From a virus: a DNA stretch of 64,000 bases. The stretch is from positions 125,714-189,713 of the IMG/VR virus record IMGVR_UViG_3300008952_000004. The stretch is one strand, 5' to 3'. The translations under genes and the position numbers were made by a program. How positions within the stretch are numbered: the stretch's first letter is position 1; every line of letters begins with the position of its first letter. A model generated the notes under the pieces. It made no database searches. It worked only from the letters and a program-made list of their open reading frames with translations, and was not told where the DNA came from. Shown here piece by piece: positions 62,362-64,000 of this stretch.

Positions 62362-62952
62362 ATGAAAATAACTAAACAAGAATTAGCCAAAATCGTCGCC
62401 GAAGAAACAATGGGATACTTCCGAGAGGGTCGGCTTATTAGTAAAAATATAACTGATAATTTAGTAGATCAAATGAACAAAATGGCTGATGTGTTAAATC
62501 AGTTCGACCCTTCCACCGTCGACGATCAAACAGCGGAAGAACTTAATGCTGCACAACAAGCATTAAATTCTGCACTGGAAACAACCTTTGGTGATATGTT
62601 AGCCGCTCCGGTAAAGCAGGCAATGCCCAGTACTCTCGGTGAAGGGTGCGGAGATTTATCACCTGAACCGATGCCTATGCCGGGTCCTCCTCCAGAGGGT
62701 CATGACGCAGAAACGCACACCATTGAGCCAGCATATGATGACCACGAAGGGAAAATGGCAAAGTCCCAGCTTTATAAAATGAATAAATATTCTGAAGAGC
62801 TTATGAGCATACTCAGCGATCATGATCAGCTTCCTTCTTGGGTACAAGCAAAGATTACAAAAGCTGCCGATTATCTTGGAGCCGTTAAACACCATTTAGA
62901 ATATGATCGAGAAGTGGCTCAGATTAATGAAAAGTCTGGGAAAGAAAACTAA
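62362..62952 (+). CDS. Class B leader protein with C-terminal helical domain
   Basis: MKITKQELAKIVAEE; C-terminal HEGKMAKSQL..LPSWVQAKITKAADYL. Confidence 0.75.
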   Translation: MKITKQELAKIVAEETMGYFREGRLISKNITDNLVDQMNKMADVLNQFDPSTVDDQTAEELNAAQQALNSALETTFGDMLAAPVKQAMPSTLGEGCGDLSPEPMPMPGPPPEGHDAETHTIEPAYDDHEGKMAKSQLYKMNKYSEELMSILSDHDQLPSWVQAKITKAADYLGAVKHHLEYDREVAQINEKSGKEN

Positions 62953-62992
62953 ATTCTTTACACTTTGTACATTATAAAATATTATAAAGAAC

Positions 62993-63211
62993 ATGTTTGA
63001 TCCAAATAATCCACATATGCCCGACATGTCGCAGGCAGAAGACTATCTTTGTGAAAGATGTAGTTGTCCCTTCTTTGATTCGGTAATGGCTGTTAAAAGA
63101 TTATCCGCTATATTATCTCCTACCGGTCAACAAATGCTTATTCCTCAACCAGTGTTTAGGTGCGCTGAATGTAAATTTGTTAATCGTTCGCAATTTGAAA
63201 TTGAAGAATAA
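62993..63211 (+). CDS. Zinc-ribbon protein
   Basis: CERCSC..VFRCAEC. Confidence 0.65.
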   Translation: MFDPNNPHMPDMSQAEDYLCERCSCPFFDSVMAVKRLSAILSPTGQQMLIPQPVFRCAECKFVNRSQFEIEE

Positions 63212-63233
63212 ATAAAAAAAGTGCATTTTTTAC

Positions 63234-63262
63234 TTGACTTCTCTCTCATAATATGGTGTAAT
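63234..63262 (+). promoter_or_regulatory. Early promoter (ATGT class)
   Basis: TTGACT-N17-TGTAAT, TGn, N4-ATGT. Confidence 0.7.
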
Positions 63263-63289
63263 GTACATGTCTTCTGGGAGAGGAAAAAA

Positions 63290-63781
63290 ATGAAACTAGA
63301 AAAAGCAATCAAAAAAATCGAGAAAGCTCTTGGTGTCAAAGTAATACGTCCTACGGATGATAGAAGCCGTCACTATTTTCAATACGGAAACTCAGTCGGC
63401 TCATTTCTGGCACAGCAAGCTTATGGCGACAGAGAAGACGGTACTTATGGTCCTATTGAGGGAGAGCAGGAAGCTTGTAACTGGCATACTCGCCGACAAA
63501 ATGATATAAGTGATCCTCATACAGATTATTTTGCTGGTTATCATCTTGATAATTGTGCACAATTAATTCGCAGTTTTAAGCCTCCAACTCCAAAGTATCC
63601 CGTCGGGTGTCTCGTTCGCGGCAAACAAAACAAACGAGCACAGCGCTGTGGTTATGCTGGTAAAACTGGTATGGTTGTCGATGCCGGTGACTATATGAGA
63701 ATTCAGTGGCTTGATTATAAGCCTGGGTATGATTATTTAACCTATCCCCAACGAGACATGGAATTAGTATCAGGAGTATAA
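63290..63781 (+). CDS. Hypothetical early protein with C-terminal SH3-like region
   Basis: GAGAGG SD before ATG 63290; YPVGCLV..GMVV..MELVS. Confidence 0.65.
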   Translation: MKLEKAIKKIEKALGVKVIRPTDDRSRHYFQYGNSVGSFLAQQAYGDREDGTYGPIEGEQEACNWHTRRQNDISDPHTDYFAGYHLDNCAQLIRSFKPPTPKYPVGCLVRGKQNKRAQRCGYAGKTGMVVDAGDYMRIQWLDYKPGYDYLTYPQRDMELVSGV

Positions 63782-63787
63782 TTTTTA

Positions 63788-63828
63788 GGGCTCTTAGCTC
63801 AGCAGGTTCGAGCCCTCCAATGCTACCA
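63788..63828 (+). pseudogene. Internally deleted/chimeric tRNA remnant
   Basis: GGGCTCTTAGCTCAGCAGG (acceptor + D arm start) joined directly to GGTTCGAGCCCTCC T arm and a 3' CCA. Confidence 0.65.
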
Positions 63829-63849
63829 AAATCAGGAAACTATAAATAT

Positions 63850-63886
63850 GCCGGGGTAGCTCAGCGGATAGAGCATGCGGCTCATA
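63850..63886 (+). pseudogene. 5' half of tRNA with CAT anticodon (Met/Ile2), truncated
   Basis: GCCGGGG TA GCTC AGCGGATA GAGC A TGCGG CT CAT A, with no 3' anticodon stem, T arm or acceptor afterwards. Confidence 0.7.
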
Positions 63887-63904
63887 TGAGGAAAAGAGTG
63901 AAGA

Positions 63905-64000
63905 ATGAAAGTCGGTGATTTAGTTAAGATTAAAGACGAGTTTATTGGCGCAAGCGAAGAGACTAATCTTCTTATGCTCATCACAGAAATTGAGAAAGGC
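63905..64000 (+). CDS. SH3/KOW-like small protein, truncated by window end
   Basis: MKVGDLVKIKDEF. Confidence 0.65.
   Translation, partial: MKVGDLVKIKDEFIGASEETNLLMLITEIEKG

Noticed and set aside
117-62895. Most minus-strand and alternate-frame ORFs in the track (e.g. 7004-7540, 15584-16192, 54632-55333)
   Set aside because: They lie opposite or within well-supported + strand genes, have no recognisable motifs and are best explained as shadow ORFs. Only 47766-48059 occupies its own space.
63841-63848. T4-type late promoter TATAAATA
   Set aside because: Only this occurrence was noticed, in AT-rich sequence, and it does not precede the virion-like genes.
63788-63886. Functional or permuted tRNA
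   Set aside because: The upstream piece's 3' acceptor (AATGCTA) cannot pair with the downstream piece's 5' strand (GCCGGGG), so the two do not form one permuted tRNA, and neither folds into a full cloverleaf.
1-64000. Cellular chromosome fragment (dnaE, groEL, clpXP, guaB, def, tdk look bacterial)
   Set aside because: The genes lack bacterial operon context (groES far from groEL, clpX far from clpP), coding is almost entirely on one strand, and orphans, lysins, an HNH gene and phage-type promoters dominate. A large phage fits better, though no capsid or terminase gene is in the window.
1-64000. Stop-codon reassignment (alternative genetic code)
   Set aside because: Long conserved genes are intact under code 11, and TAA, TAG and TGA all end genes at their expected C-termini.
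1-64000. CRISPR array
   Set aside because: No run of equal-length repeats with unique spacers was seen; the repeats found are coding tandem repeats, two-copy duplications or 5-bp phased boxes.

Overview
This 64-kb window looks like part of a large (probably jumbo) dsDNA phage genome rather than a cellular chromosome. It is gene-dense and almost entirely + strand, with one credible minus-strand gene, no rRNA or ribosomal protein genes, many short orphan ORFs and phage-type early promoters. Recognisable content: replication and nucleotide metabolism (class II RNR, DnaE, dUTPase, IMPDH/GMPR, thymidine kinase, guanylate kinase, degenerate ThyX, glutaredoxin); proteostasis (GroES, GroEL, Hsp20, ClpX, two ClpP, peptide deformylase); cell-wall enzymes (PG-binding GH25 lysin, M15A peptidase); DNA modification/restriction genes (Mom-like GNAT, PD-(D/E)xK + DUF262/HNH + N6/N4 MTase island); a MoxR AAA+/DUF2201-VWA pair; an HNH-AP2 endonuclease; and two broken tRNAs. 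A CglF/GltF-like protein, a stand-alone LeuA regulatory domain, KamA and Cys-rich lipoproteins suggest a Myxococcota-like host (inference). The most unusual signals are: (1) two families of short Glu-terminated N-terminal leaders (MKLIMExWRxFLxE and MKITKxQLxxIIxEE) attached to about 14 unrelated cargo domains, resembling a capsid-targeting/maturation tag system; (2) about 24 small SH3/KOW-like MKVGDLV genes whose C-terminal LEV(I/V)SE peptide also encodes the next gene's SD and start codon; (3) a conserved early-promoter architecture with a fixed ATGT element; (4) a ROSE-like thermometer before hsp20; and (5) an MraZ-box-like phased GTGG array. All family assignments come from motif recognition by eye; no database searches were run.
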